Source: a virus
Direction: 5' to 3' (one strand)
DNA: 64,000 bases
Virus record (IMG/VR): IMGVR_UViG_3300047546_002006
Location: 15,219-79,218 of that record
Shown here: piece after piece, positions 9,281-18,642 of the stretch
Layout of the letters: each line of letters opens with the position of its first letter
Position numbering within the stretch: the first letter of the stretch is position 1
Made by a program: the position numbers and the translations under genes
Notes under the pieces: generated by a model
The model's database searches: none
What the model was told of the DNA's origin: nothing
What the model saw: only the letters and a program-made list of their open reading frames with translations

Positions 9281-9770
9281 GTTATTTGACCAATGGGTTG
9301 ATAACTTAACTTGCTCAGAACAAGAAGCGTTTACTTCTTTTTCTGCCAGCAATTATTCAATTATTGAAGCCTTCCTTTATGCCCGGTTCCTTGGGTATAG
9401 AGGAAGCATTGTTGCTTGTGAAGCTTGGGTTAATGATCGGTATCCCAAGCCCGATCATCGTAAAACCCTGCTGTATGAAATTGAAGAGATGCAAGAAGAC
9501 ATTCGCAAGCTTCGCAGTGATGTGGATGAAGGTCTTGTTAAGCGTGATGCTGGTGTTGCACGAATTGCTTCTATGCAAAAAGAATTACGCGGCACCATTG
9601 CACAGATTGAACAGTTTGTTAATAACCGTGATCGCAAAGGTTTATTGATGGCAGGTGCTGATCGTGCCATTCGTGAATTACTTTCTGTGTTTAAAGACGA
9701 TCCAATTGAAATTCCTCTGGAAGAAGCTTCGATGAGCGTCTGGGCTAAAATACAATTTGATGAAGGTTAA
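9150..9770 (+). CDS. Helical hypothetical protein, candidate terminase small subunit (start uncertain)
   Basis: N-terminal helical domain plus coiled coil, about 400 nt upstream of terL; function inferred from position only. Confidence 0.5.
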   Translation: MNRNAKPLEKEQKNSALPQSKGNSSVKQTKQGITTKPNELIDIELFDQWVDNLTCSEQEAFTSFSASNYSIIEAFLYARFLGYRGSIVACEAWVNDRYPKPDHRKTLLYEIEEMQEDIRKLRSDVDEGLVKRDAGVARIASMQKELRGTIAQIEQFVNNRDRKGLLMAGADRAIRELLSVFKDDPIEIPLEEASMSVWAKIQFDEG

Positions 9771-9784
9771 CTTAAAGTAGATAC

Positions 9785-10099
9785 ATGGATCCCAACGCAC
9801 AACCACCTGCAGCTTCCGACGCCCGTCTTGCGGGTGGTTTGATGTCTGTGGTACAACAACTCCAAAAGAATCGTTTTGGTGGATTACGTGAACTGCAAGG
9901 TTCTCCTATCGGAGCCGAAGCAAAAGGATCTGCTGTTTTGAATGCTTTAAGTAAAAACAAACAACAAAATGAGCAAGAACAAAATGCCGCCCCAGCTCCT
10001 GGAGCACTTCAAGAAGAAAGAAGCCAAGAACAAGGACGGCAGCGAAATGTCGGACAACGAGAAGCGCAAGGCCGCTTTGGACAAGGCCCGCAAGTATAA
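9785..10099 (+). CDS. Hypothetical protein
   Basis: 104-aa ORF with ATG after a TAAAGT box. Confidence 0.55.
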   Translation: MDPNAQPPAASDARLAGGLMSVVQQLQKNRFGGLRELQGSPIGAEAKGSAVLNALSKNKQQNEQEQNAAPAPGALQEERSQEQGRQRNVGQREAQGRFGQGPQV

Positions 10100-10130
10100 A
10101 AATCAAAAAGACAAAGATTCTGATAAATGA
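9969..10130 (+). CDS. 53-aa Lys-rich protein overlapping the upstream ORF (absent from ORF track)
   Basis: Hand translation MSKNKMPPQLLEHFKKKEAKNKDGSEMSDNEKRKAALDKARKYKNQKDKDSDK. Confidence 0.65.
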   Translation: MSKNKMPPQLLEHFKKKEAKNKDGSEMSDNEKRKAALDKARKYKNQKDKDSDK

Positions 10131-10164
10131 GTTAGTATTCAGTAACTGACTGAATGCTTAAGCT

Positions 10165-11691
10165 GTGCCAGCATATCAACATCTTGCTTATCGACGCAAT
10201 GCACGCGCGGCTGCGCAACAGCAACAAATTAGACCACCTAAAAATGCCGAAGCTCTTCAGCGTGCACGCGAGGACTTTGGCTTTTTTTGTGAGTATGTAG
10301 CCGATAAACCCCCAGCAGAGCATCATAAACATTGGCACAGGCAATTCGTAACAGAAGAAAACAGTAGTTGCCTGATTAAAATTGCTGGACCAAATATTGA
10401 TTTACTTGCGCCTCGTGGCTCTGCAAAATCCACTGTTCTTGGCCTTCTAACGGCATGGGCAATTGGTATTCACACACATGCCAAAATGCCTCTGCAGATT
10501 CTCTATTTGTCATACACGGTTGATATTGCACGCTCCAAATCTGCAACTATTAAGCGGATCATTGAAAGCAAGCGATATCAAGAAGTATTTCCCAAGGTTC
10601 GTTTACTGAAGAGTGCAACCAGTAATGAGTACTGGTCTATTGACCACAAATTTGCTGGCATTGCTACAACAGGTGATGAACAATTTACTCTCTGCGCTGC
10701 AGGTCTAAAAGGTTCCGTGACATCAAAACGATCACACCTTGTGATGATTGATGACGCCATTAAATCTGCTGCTGATATTGCAAATCCAGATATCCGCAAG
10801 CAGATGCAGGAGAACTGGAATGCGGTGATTGCGCCAACCATGTTTGAGGGTGCCAGGGCCATCTGTCTTGGCACTCGATTCCGACATGATGACATTCATT
10901 CAACTACATTCAATGAACAAAACAACTGGCGTCAAATTGTCTTATCTGCAATCTTGAATGATCCCAAGACAGGTGAGGAATTATCGTATTGGCCAGAGAT
11001 GTGGTCACTGGATTACTTAAAAGAAAAGAAAAGGCAGGCGCCAATTGCTTTTTCTTTCCAGTACATGAATCAAGTCATCAGGCAAAATGAGTTATCACTT
11101 GCACCTGAACTGATTGTTAAAGCAGAAATTTCAACAGAGTTTGATACCTTAGGAGTTGGCATTGATTTGTCTGCTGGCACTAAAGAGAAGAATGACTATA
11201 CCGTCATGGTACTTGGTGGCCGTATTGGCGATCAGATTCACATTATTGATTATCGCCGTATTCGTGTAATGGGCAATCTTGAGAAATTAGATGCGCTCAA
11301 AGAACTACTTAATGATTGGTCAATCCTCGGCAAAGATGAAAACGGTAATTACTTCCCAACCCACTCAACGTGTGACATCTGGTCAGAAGCTGTACAGTAC
11401 CAGGCATCCCTGGAAGCAGACTTCAAACGTATCTGCTTAAACAATGAGGGCCTCTGGAACTTGTTGTGGCATCCCGTCAAAGGCTTCCGTTCCGATAAGC
11501 TGGCGCGATTCCGTGGGTGCATGGGTCTATTTGAGGAACGCAAGATTATCTTTAATCGCTACCGTAATTTCACTGCCATGTTTGAAGAGTTAACCAACTT
11601 TGGTGTTAGTAGTCATGATGACTGTGTTGATGCTTTAGTTTGGTTGATTAACGGATTAATGCGTAAGGGTAATCTTCATCTTGATTACTGA
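10165..11691 (+). CDS. terL: Terminase large subunit
   Basis: Walker A APRGSAKST, Walker B VMIDD, coupling motif GTRF, nuclease GIDLS...DYT and HDDCVDA motifs. Confidence 0.95.
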   Translation: MPAYQHLAYRRNARAAAQQQQIRPPKNAEALQRAREDFGFFCEYVADKPPAEHHKHWHRQFVTEENSSCLIKIAGPNIDLLAPRGSAKSTVLGLLTAWAIGIHTHAKMPLQILYLSYTVDIARSKSATIKRIIESKRYQEVFPKVRLLKSATSNEYWSIDHKFAGIATTGDEQFTLCAAGLKGSVTSKRSHLVMIDDAIKSAADIANPDIRKQMQENWNAVIAPTMFEGARAICLGTRFRHDDIHSTTFNEQNNWRQIVLSAILNDPKTGEELSYWPEMWSLDYLKEKKRQAPIAFSFQYMNQVIRQNELSLAPELIVKAEISTEFDTLGVGIDLSAGTKEKNDYTVMVLGGRIGDQIHIIDYRRIRVMGNLEKLDALKELLNDWSILGKDENGNYFPTHSTCDIWSEAVQYQASLEADFKRICLNNEGLWNLLWHPVKGFRSDKLARFRGCMGLFEERKIIFNRYRNFTAMFEELTNFGVSSHDDCVDALVWLINGLMRKGNLHLDY

Positions 11692-11720
11692 ATCTAGAAT
11701 TAGAAAAAAGCTTTATTCCA

Positions 11721-12014
11721 GTGGGACCAGAATATTTAGCTGTTGGCCTTACGGCTATCATTTCTGCTGTTACAGGCGGTAGTTGGGCTATGAATAAACT
11801 ACTGGGCAGGCAGCAGGAAAAGCTGGATCAGGCCTATAGTTACATCAGTTCTCAGAAACGGCGTGTTGATATGCTTGAAGATCAGATCAACCGCATGCCT
11901 ATTGAATATGTACTGAAGGTTGATTTCTTAAGAGAAATTCAAGAAATGCAGGATAATTTCCGTGAGATCAACAATAAACTTGATAAACTGATTGAAAAGT
12001 TACTTAGCAAATGA
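11721..12014 (+). CDS. Membrane-anchored coiled-coil protein
   Basis: N-terminal hydrophobic helix followed by heptad pattern. Confidence 0.65.
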   Translation: MGPEYLAVGLTAIISAVTGGSWAMNKLLGRQQEKLDQAYSYISSQKRRVDMLEDQINRMPIEYVLKVDFLREIQEMQDNFREINNKLDKLIEKLLSK

Positions 12015-12196
12015 CTAGCTACATTCTTGAGGTTCAAGAAGACGAAAACGGAGATTGTTACATCACCCTTCCAGATGAAGTGATTGAAGATCTCGGCTGG
12101 CAAGAAGGCGATGTTCTCGATTGGGATGTCAAAGGAAATGGTATTGTTTTATCCAAGGTGAATGACGCATCCGGATATGAAGTTTTAGAAGATTAG
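12011..12196 (+). CDS. AbrB/MazE/SpoVT-like DNA-binding protein
   Basis: YITLPDEVIEDLGWQEGDVLDW matches the swapped-hairpin AbrB signature. Confidence 0.8.
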   Translation: MTSYILEVQEDENGDCYITLPDEVIEDLGWQEGDVLDWDVKGNGIVLSKVNDASGYEVLED

Positions 12197-12216
12197 AATA
12201 AAGAAAAAATAAGATC

Positions 12217-12543
12217 ATGTTTTATAGCGGCGAATCAAACGTTCCAGGAGCACCAGGTAATTTACTTGCTGGTGGCCCTAGTTTTGACATTAATCGTACC
12301 CCCGGCTCACTTGGTGGGCGTTCTGGCGAACAGTTGAAGCGCTTGTATGAAGGCGGGACGCAGCAAAACCAGCAGTTGAATGAGGAACTCCGTCGTCGGG
12401 GTATCATGCCAGGTTCTGGTCCACAACTTCCGCTTGCATACAACCCCATGTTTGGCCCTGTTCCTATGGGTAATGCCGGCTTCTTTGCTGGACCGCAGAT
12501 GGGACAAATGCCAGCCGGATTCCAAAATAAATTTGTTTCTTGA
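12217..12543 (+). CDS. Hypothetical Gly/Pro-rich protein
   Basis: 108-aa ORF after a TAGAAT box. Confidence 0.65.
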   Translation: MFYSGESNVPGAPGNLLAGGPSFDINRTPGSLGGRSGEQLKRLYEGGTQQNQQLNEELRRRGIMPGSGPQLPLAYNPMFGPVPMGNAGFFAGPQMGQMPAGFQNKFVS

Positions 12544-12698
12544 TGAAAAAGAAAAAACTGGTAAAACTTGCCCTTAAAAATCCAGGGTTATATACACCGG
12601 CTGAACTTGCTTATTTTCAATGCTGGTTGCGCTTACGAAAAGAGCGCAAGAAAGCTGCTAAGATGAATTTAAACAATAAGGAAGATATTAATGGCTGA
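12543..12698 (+). CDS. 51-aa basic hypothetical protein (absent from ORF track)
   Basis: TGATG coupling; MKKKKLVKLALKNPGLYTPAELAYFQCWLRLRKERKKAAKMNLNNKEDING. Confidence 0.6.
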   Translation: MKKKKLVKLALKNPGLYTPAELAYFQCWLRLRKERKKAAKMNLNNKEDING

Positions 12699-14988
12699 CG
12701 CCAAGGCACGGCTTCAAGAAATCATCAATTCCTATCTTGAAAAAGATAGTGACATTGTTGTTGACACCGGCGTTGTTGCGTCTCATGTTGCACAGATGAA
12801 ATTATTTGGCATCCGCCAGGGTGTTGAATTTTTTCCCTCGCAAGATAACTTTGGCGGGCAGCGCAAAGATTTTATCGATCGCGTCCTCAAATACAACAAG
12901 ATGGATACCCGCTTGGATTCCATCTGGGAATATTTTTTGTGCGATGGAAAAGGCCTGTTTTATATCCGCCCAACAGAGCAGAGTTATCGTCTGTATTATT
13001 TTCGTGAGCATGAATATCGATCTTATTACAATGTGGATGGCGAGCTGGATGAAGTTGTAATTATCTACAGCTACAAGGTGCGTCGGGGCAACGGCTTTGG
13101 TACCGATATTGCAACCAGCAATATTTCTGGTGGCAAATCAACCTGGAGCCCAGGAGCTAAAAGGTATATTCGTTTATCAATTAAACAACGCGAAATTGAA
13201 GAAACGCACTCAGACTCAGAGTTGTCGTTTGAAATGCCAACGTATGCCTTGACGGGCACTACCAAAAATTTCAAGAACACCCTTGGGTTTATTCCTTGTG
13301 TTGAGATCTTTAATAATCCCAAAGGTTTCTCCACTGAAGGCGTCGGTGAGTTTGATGCCATGGCAAATCATATTTGTACTCACGACGAATTGATGCGAAC
13401 GATACGCAAAAACATTACATTCTTTGGTAACCCAACATTACTGTCTTCCAGGCCCAAGACAGATCTCATGGAAGCAGGAGATACTGCAGTTGTACAGCGG
13501 CCATCGATTGCGGCAAACTCTGGCTTCACCAGTGCCGCACCTTTAAGTCGTTCTATGTTTAAGGCTGATCCAGTCAGCCGTGGCATGGATGGTGCAATTC
13601 GTGTGCCGCGTATCATTGCAAACCTGGAGCCAAACGATCGAGTTGGTTACATTGTTCCAGATGCAATTACTGGTGACCAGAATGCATTTGCTCGTCAATA
13701 TCGAGAAGAAATTCGCACGGCATTAGGCGGCGTGGATGAGCTGTCTATTTCTGCTGGTGTTACTGCAACTGAATACAAATCATTATTTGGTCGTGTTGCC
13801 GCAACATCCAAAAAGAAAGCAAATGCAATCTATACACATGGCATTTGTCGTTGCCTTGAGTTAATTATTTATCAAGAAGAGCAGTTATTCAAGACAACAC
13901 TTGCGGCGGCAGCAGGTATTGAAAAACCGGTTGATCTTGGACCTAATGCAACACCAGAAGAAGAGCAGGCATATAAAGAAGCAATGAAACAACATAATGA
14001 CATCCTGAAAAGGATTATGCTTGCTCTTGTGGAGACCCAGGTGATTCCACCTGGAGTTATGGGTCTTATTCCGGATGGTGACGTTACTGTCCTTTGGCGT
14101 TGGCTTGGTCCTGTTTATGAGGAATCTACACAGGACATCCTGAACAACTCCATTGTGGTGCGAAACCTTCAGGAATTAGGTGTTGATAGCATTGAAGCAC
14201 TGAAATACCTCTTCCCGTCTAAGACGGATGAGGAACGGGCCGAGATGTTATCTGGGTTCCCGTTCAGGATGGTTAATGAGTTGCAGGGTGCATACGCTGC
14301 ATTCTCAAAGCTAGTGGGGGGAATGATGCAGACTCCTCACCCGCAAGCACCGGATCTTCCGATGGCTGCGGATCCAAGATTGGATTTAACACCATATCTG
14401 TATCGAACATTAGAAGCTCTACAAAAGGAGATGAGTTATGCAGGACGCTACCGTCCAATCGATCCCACAGACGAGCCAAACTCCGGCAGCGGTGGCTCCA
14501 AGCAGCTACGTGGTCCCAACACCCAGCTACCAGGCAGCTCCAGCTCAGACAGCACCGGTGGCTTATCAGGTGGGTACCAGTTACCCACAGGCGGTACCTC
14601 AGGCGGTCCCCAGCTACCAATCCGCCCCTACTCAGTACGCCCCCCAATCCCAACCGGAGGCTCCGAGCAGCAACCCATGGGAATCGGCGTTCAACAAGGT
14701 GGTGAACCTTCTGAGCGCACCAGTTCAATCCCCGTTCCAGAATCAATCGTCAACACCGACGATTCAGTACAGTCCGGCCAACTACGGCCAGCAGTACAGC
14801 AGCCCAGCTACGCAACAATCGGCTCCGCAGACCTGGTCTCCCAGCCAGACATCCTCGCCCAACTCTTCCCCAACTTCCTCCAATCAGTACTTGGAGCAGG
14901 CGGCGCAAGCAGTAGTGCAAAACCTGAGCCCGGAAAGCCAGTACGTAATCAGCGCGTACGGTCTCGAGGCGCCCGCAATCCTAAATAA
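12691..14988 (+). CDS. Portal protein with low-complexity C-terminal extension
   Basis: Lies between terL and scaffold/MCP; GFIPCVEIFNNP wing-like motif; helical core of about 580 aa. Confidence 0.8.
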   Translation: MADAKARLQEIINSYLEKDSDIVVDTGVVASHVAQMKLFGIRQGVEFFPSQDNFGGQRKDFIDRVLKYNKMDTRLDSIWEYFLCDGKGLFYIRPTEQSYRLYYFREHEYRSYYNVDGELDEVVIIYSYKVRRGNGFGTDIATSNISGGKSTWSPGAKRYIRLSIKQREIEETHSDSELSFEMPTYALTGTTKNFKNTLGFIPCVEIFNNPKGFSTEGVGEFDAMANHICTHDELMRTIRKNITFFGNPTLLSSRPKTDLMEAGDTAVVQRPSIAANSGFTSAAPLSRSMFKADPVSRGMDGAIRVPRIIANLEPNDRVGYIVPDAITGDQNAFARQYREEIRTALGGVDELSISAGVTATEYKSLFGRVAATSKKKANAIYTHGICRCLELIIYQEEQLFKTTLAAAAGIEKPVDLGPNATPEEEQAYKEAMKQHNDILKRIMLALVETQVIPPGVMGLIPDGDVTVLWRWLGPVYEESTQDILNNSIVVRNLQELGVDSIEALKYLFPSKTDEERAEMLSGFPFRMVNELQGAYAAFSKLVGGMMQTPHPQAPDLPMAADPRLDLTPYLYRTLEALQKEMSYAGRYRPIDPTDEPNSGSGGSKQLRGPNTQLPGSSSSDSTGGLSGGYQLPTGGTSGGPQLPIRPYSVRPPIPTGGSEQQPMGIGVQQGGEPSERTSSIPVPESIVNTDDSVQSGQLRPAVQQPSYATIGSADLVSQPDILAQLFPNFLQSVLGAGGASSSAKPEPGKPVRNQRVRSRGARNPK

Positions 14989-15412
14989 CTATGCCCTCCA
15001 GCTGGAAGGCATGCTGGATAGTGCAGTTGCTTGGGGCGGTCAAGCCAAAGAATTGATCGAGGGCTACGCCAATTTTGCTGTCAATGAGCATCAAGAGAAT
15101 CTTGCTTATAACGAGATCCTCACCAATCCCGATGTGCTGAGTGACTACACCCTGAAGTTCTTTGGTCCAGAAGGTCCGTACCCTGTGTATGAGAACGAAG
15201 GCGAACTGGAGACCCAAGGTTATCCGACTCAAGCGGTGAATCCTGCATTTAATCAGTTCCCGGCACCTCCTGCCGCAGCTGCTCCTCAGCAGCCAGAGAA
15301 TTTCTGGGGCACCTTTAAGCAACAAATGGATATGGACCCCAGCCAAGCCTGGCGCATCCTGAACCAAGCTCAGCCTCAAGTTGTTGCAAACAAACTGTTT
15401 GTGATGGAGTGA
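14438..15412 (+). CDS. Capsid scaffolding protein (putative)
   Basis: Pro/Gln/Ser-rich disordered N-half, acidic helical C-half, upstream of MCP. Confidence 0.65.
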   Translation: MQDATVQSIPQTSQTPAAVAPSSYVVPTPSYQAAPAQTAPVAYQVGTSYPQAVPQAVPSYQSAPTQYAPQSQPEAPSSNPWESAFNKVVNLLSAPVQSPFQNQSSTPTIQYSPANYGQQYSSPATQQSAPQTWSPSQTSSPNSSPTSSNQYLEQAAQAVVQNLSPESQYVISAYGLEAPAILNNYALQLEGMLDSAVAWGGQAKELIEGYANFAVNEHQENLAYNEILTNPDVLSDYTLKFFGPEGPYPVYENEGELETQGYPTQAVNPAFNQFPAPPAAAAPQQPENFWGTFKQQMDMDPSQAWRILNQAQPQVVANKLFVME

Positions 15413-15416
15413 TGCC

Positions 15417-15992
15417 ATGCGTGGCGCTCTTAAATATGGCGTACCTATTGCCGCTGGCTTAGCCACGGGTGGGTACGCCCTTTCTCAAGGTGAAGATCCT
15501 GGTTCTGCAATTCTTGCTGGTGCTGCAGGTGGCCTAGGTGGTGCCGCAGGTTTACTTGGCGCAGGTAAACTCGCAGGTAAATATGGCCAAGTTGTTCCAG
15601 GGCTAATCGAAAAAGGTTTGGACAAGTCTGTAGGTAAGTCCGGTCTTTCTACGCGTCAACGGATTAATCAAGCAATTGTTAATAGTCCTGAATACATGCG
15701 TCGCGGTCAATCTGCGACTCTTTATTCTCCTGCCACTGCTGGCAACATTGCAAGAACAGGTTTACTTGCAGCACCAGCAAATATTGCTGCAGCAGCAAAA
15801 CCTGCCTTTGCAGCGGCTGCAGTACCAGCGTCCGCCGTTGCCGCTGGCCTTGGTGGCGTAGCCCTTGGCGCTATTCCTGGTGCTATGGGTATCCCAGGAT
15901 TCCAGCAGAATGTTGCCCTTGATCCTGAATCTTACGGTTCTAGTAATTCTGAAGGTGCTCGCTATAAAGCACCTACCATGCAGTATGTGTAA
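15417..15992 (+). CDS. Ala/Gly-rich hydrophobic protein
   Basis: Glycine-zipper-like segments at both ends. Confidence 0.65.
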   Translation: MRGALKYGVPIAAGLATGGYALSQGEDPGSAILAGAAGGLGGAAGLLGAGKLAGKYGQVVPGLIEKGLDKSVGKSGLSTRQRINQAIVNSPEYMRRGQSATLYSPATAGNIARTGLLAAPANIAAAAKPAFAAAAVPASAVAAGLGGVALGAIPGAMGIPGFQQNVALDPESYGSSNSEGARYKAPTMQYV

Positions 15993-16096
15993 TAAATAAA
16001 TTACCGACTGCTAAAATTTGTGTTAGATAAGACATAATAATGTCTGAATCTTTCACCCGATAAAAACACTTCCGCGACACTGGAGGATAAACCAAA

Positions 16097-17260
16097 GTGT
16101 TCATTGATAACGATTTTCCAAAAATCTTGGGCGCCGAACTCTATCGGCCCCATCCTGCTTATATTGCTGAAATGGCTGTCGAGCCAGTGGTCGTGCATGA
16201 CTTCACTCGTCAGCCCGGTCAAACCGTTCAGTTAGACCGCTATAAGTTCTGGGGTACCCCTGGTACGAAGGACAGCCGTGAGCGTATTGCTGATCAAACG
16301 ATCGGTACCGCTAACAGCCGTAACATCACCAAGGAGAAAGTCCTGGTGGTGCTCAAGGAGTACACTGGTCCTGCCGACCCGGGTGATCCGACCCAGCCCA
16401 GCACTTTCAAGATTGCCCGCGAGACCCTGATCACAGCTCAGCGCCTGCTGCTGGATTCGGGCAACCTGAATATGTTCCACCAGTCCATCGGCAGCCTGAC
16501 ACTGCTGGATGACTACCGCCGGTGGCGCGACCGCGTGTTCATCGACGAACTCGCCAAAGCTGAAGCTAACGGTGCTGCTTCTACCAGCCAAGGTGGTTAC
16601 TTCTTCCCTGGCGGCAAGATCAAAGATTCCTCTGGTCGTATTTCGTACACTGGTACTGAGTACACGGCCGACCTCCAGCAGTTCTCGGTGCGTACCGACC
16701 TGCTGAATGTTGTCAAGGATCTGCGTAAGCGCAACACTCCGACATTTGCTGATGGTCTGTATCGCTGCATCTGCGATCCTACCTTCATGATGCATCTGCG
16801 TCGTGATCCAGACTTCCGTGAGATCGCTCGTTACGCTGGTAATCCTGGCCAAGGCATGTACATGGGCAACCCCATGATGCCTAACAACGCCAGCTTCTAC
16901 ATGGGTCCTCAAGCTGGTCAAGGTTATTTCCTGGCCGGTGAACCTGTTATGCCGACCGGTGTGCAGTTTGAAGGCGTTAAGTTCTTCGAGTCGACCAACT
17001 TCCCCACCAAAAACGTTAATACTTCGTTCGATGGTGGTTCGACCTATGCTTCCAAGGAAGTTGCTCAGGGCTTCTTCTTCGGTCCTCAGTCGGTTGGCGT
17101 TGGTATCGGCGGCCCGAACGCCCAGGTGCTCATCAACAACAACGATGACTTCAGCCGCTTCATCATTCTGATTTGGCAACTGTATGCTGGTTTCGAGATT
17201 CTGAACAAAGACTTTGTTACCACTGCTTACAGCTACGTTCAAGATGACGGTACCGTCTGA
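16097..17260 (+). CDS. Major capsid protein (HK97 fold, N4-gp56-like)
   Basis: 387 aa; GQTVQLDRY E-loop-like segment, GVQFEGVKFFES, C-terminal DFSRFIILIWQLYAGFEILN; GGAGG RBS; strong codon bias. Confidence 0.88.
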   Translation: MFIDNDFPKILGAELYRPHPAYIAEMAVEPVVVHDFTRQPGQTVQLDRYKFWGTPGTKDSRERIADQTIGTANSRNITKEKVLVVLKEYTGPADPGDPTQPSTFKIARETLITAQRLLLDSGNLNMFHQSIGSLTLLDDYRRWRDRVFIDELAKAEANGAASTSQGGYFFPGGKIKDSSGRISYTGTEYTADLQQFSVRTDLLNVVKDLRKRNTPTFADGLYRCICDPTFMMHLRRDPDFREIARYAGNPGQGMYMGNPMMPNNASFYMGPQAGQGYFLAGEPVMPTGVQFEGVKFFESTNFPTKNVNTSFDGGSTYASKEVAQGFFFGPQSVGVGIGGPNAQVLINNNDDFSRFIILIWQLYAGFEILNKDFVTTAYSYVQDDGTV

Positions 17261-17294
17261 TAATTAGTTAACAAACAAACATAGGAAAAGATAA

Positions 17295-18098
17295 ATGACC
17301 TATTTGTCCGCTAAAAAAATCTACCCAGGTAACTGGGCTGAGCCTCTGAACGGCTGGTATAAGAACATTGATACCGACGACAGCGGCGCTATTGATGGCT
17401 CTAAAGGTGGCCCTACTTCGGTGCTGGCTATCCCTGGCTATCGCTACTTCCAGCAGCGTGGTTATGTCCCCGTGACAACCACCTCTGGTGCTGGTGCAGT
17501 CGCTTCTGCTGATGTGATTGTTCCTTCGCCTTATCGTCAGGATGACACACGTCCTGATATCACGGGCATGGTGATCTCTGGCAGCAGCACTCTGCCTGCT
17601 TATGTGTATCGTGCCACCATCTCCGTTGCTTCTGGCTGGGGTGATGGCCGCGTTGCTTCTGGTGTTTATGCCGCTACCGGTAACGTTCTTTCGTTTGGCC
17701 GTAGTAACGCCGGCAGCCCTACCGCTGCTTCCGGTATTGGCGAAGCTGTGATTCAGGCCAACCTGACATCTACCACCTCTGGTACCCAGGCTGGCGAGAT
17801 CCTGTTTGCTGCTGGTTCCGCTGGTTATAGTGCCAACCCCTTCCTGATTGCCAGCGGTGCTGCTGGCGTGACCGCCGGTAACGTGTACTACGCTGCTACC
17901 GCGTCTACTACTCTGAAGGTGTTCGCCAAAGAGACTGCTAACTCCACCACAACTTCTGGTGGTTTCTACATCTCCAGCGGTGATGCAAGTGCCGGCCGTA
18001 CTGGCTACCTCGTGGTTGAGTGCTGCTACATTCAGCCTGATGTTGCACCTGGCTACGAAGACATTGATGGCTACCTCCTGGGCCGCACTGTCAGCTGA
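17295..18098 (+). CDS. Capsid decoration / major structural protein (putative)
   Basis: Directly after MCP with the same codon bias; beta-rich Ser/Thr/Gly/Ala composition. Confidence 0.65.
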   Translation: MTYLSAKKIYPGNWAEPLNGWYKNIDTDDSGAIDGSKGGPTSVLAIPGYRYFQQRGYVPVTTTSGAGAVASADVIVPSPYRQDDTRPDITGMVISGSSTLPAYVYRATISVASGWGDGRVASGVYAATGNVLSFGRSNAGSPTAASGIGEAVIQANLTSTTSGTQAGEILFAAGSAGYSANPFLIASGAAGVTAGNVYYAATASTTLKVFAKETANSTTTSGGFYISSGDASAGRTGYLVVECCYIQPDVAPGYEDIDGYLLGRTVS

Positions 18099-18109
18099 GT
18101 GAGTTAAAC

Positions 18110-18134
18110 TAGGACCAGACAATAACTGGTCCTA
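18110..18134 (+). promoter_or_regulatory. Hairpin covering the RBS and first start-codon base
   Basis: TAGGACCAG-acaataa-CTGGTCCTA, perfect 9-bp stem ending on the A of ATG 18134. Confidence 0.6.
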
Positions 18135-18565
18135 TGACAACTCTTTCGGCAGAAATGCTTTATCAGCATAAAAAAACAGGTGCACGTGTCAAGGTTGTAA
18201 GTGAATGGGATAACGGCGATTGGTACATGGTCGAAGATCAGGACGGTCGCCTTTTCACTGCTTACAAAACTGAGCTTGCACCTGATGAAGATGCAACCAA
18301 AAAGGTTAAAACTCTTCAGGTGAAAGATAAAGCAGCGAAAGAAGAGCCACGCACTTTCCCGCCCGATCACCGTTTGAATATCAATTCAGCTACCGCCCAG
18401 ATGATCGCTGATCACATTAAGGGTATTGGATTGAAAACGGCACGAGAGATTAAAGATCTTCAGATGTCCTTATCGGGTGAAAGGTTTAATAATCTTGAGC
18501 AACTCAAGCAAATCAAGCGGGTTGATTGGGACGCTGTACTGGCTGCAGACCTCATCCGTGTATAA
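18134..18565 (+). CDS. ComEA-like helix-hairpin-helix DNA-binding protein with small beta N-domain
   Basis: LNINSAT...IKGIGLKTAREI...RFNNLEQLKQIKRV HhH signature. Confidence 0.8.
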   Translation: MTTLSAEMLYQHKKTGARVKVVSEWDNGDWYMVEDQDGRLFTAYKTELAPDEDATKKVKTLQVKDKAAKEEPRTFPPDHRLNINSATAQMIADHIKGIGLKTAREIKDLQMSLSGERFNNLEQLKQIKRVDWDAVLAADLIRV

Positions 18566-18588
18566 TTACTTTTATAGGAAAAAGGCAC

Positions 18589-18614
18589 AGCCCCTGGGAA
18601 ACCAGGGGTTTTTT
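18589..18614 (+). terminator. Rho-independent terminator ending the capsid operon
   Basis: AGCCCCTGG-gaaa-CCAGGGGTT followed by a T run. Confidence 0.9.
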
Positions 18615-18642
18615 CGTTTTACAATGAAAAATAAAACATATA

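Noticed and set aside
16232-18122. Long antisense ORFs (336 aa and 284 aa) opposite MCP and the decoration gene
   Set aside because: Expected shadow of strong codon bias in highly expressed genes; no motifs or expression signals
18134-18565. HhH protein as photosystem II PsbU
   Set aside because: No signal peptide; the IKGIG hairpin and context fit ComEA-like DNA-binding HhH better
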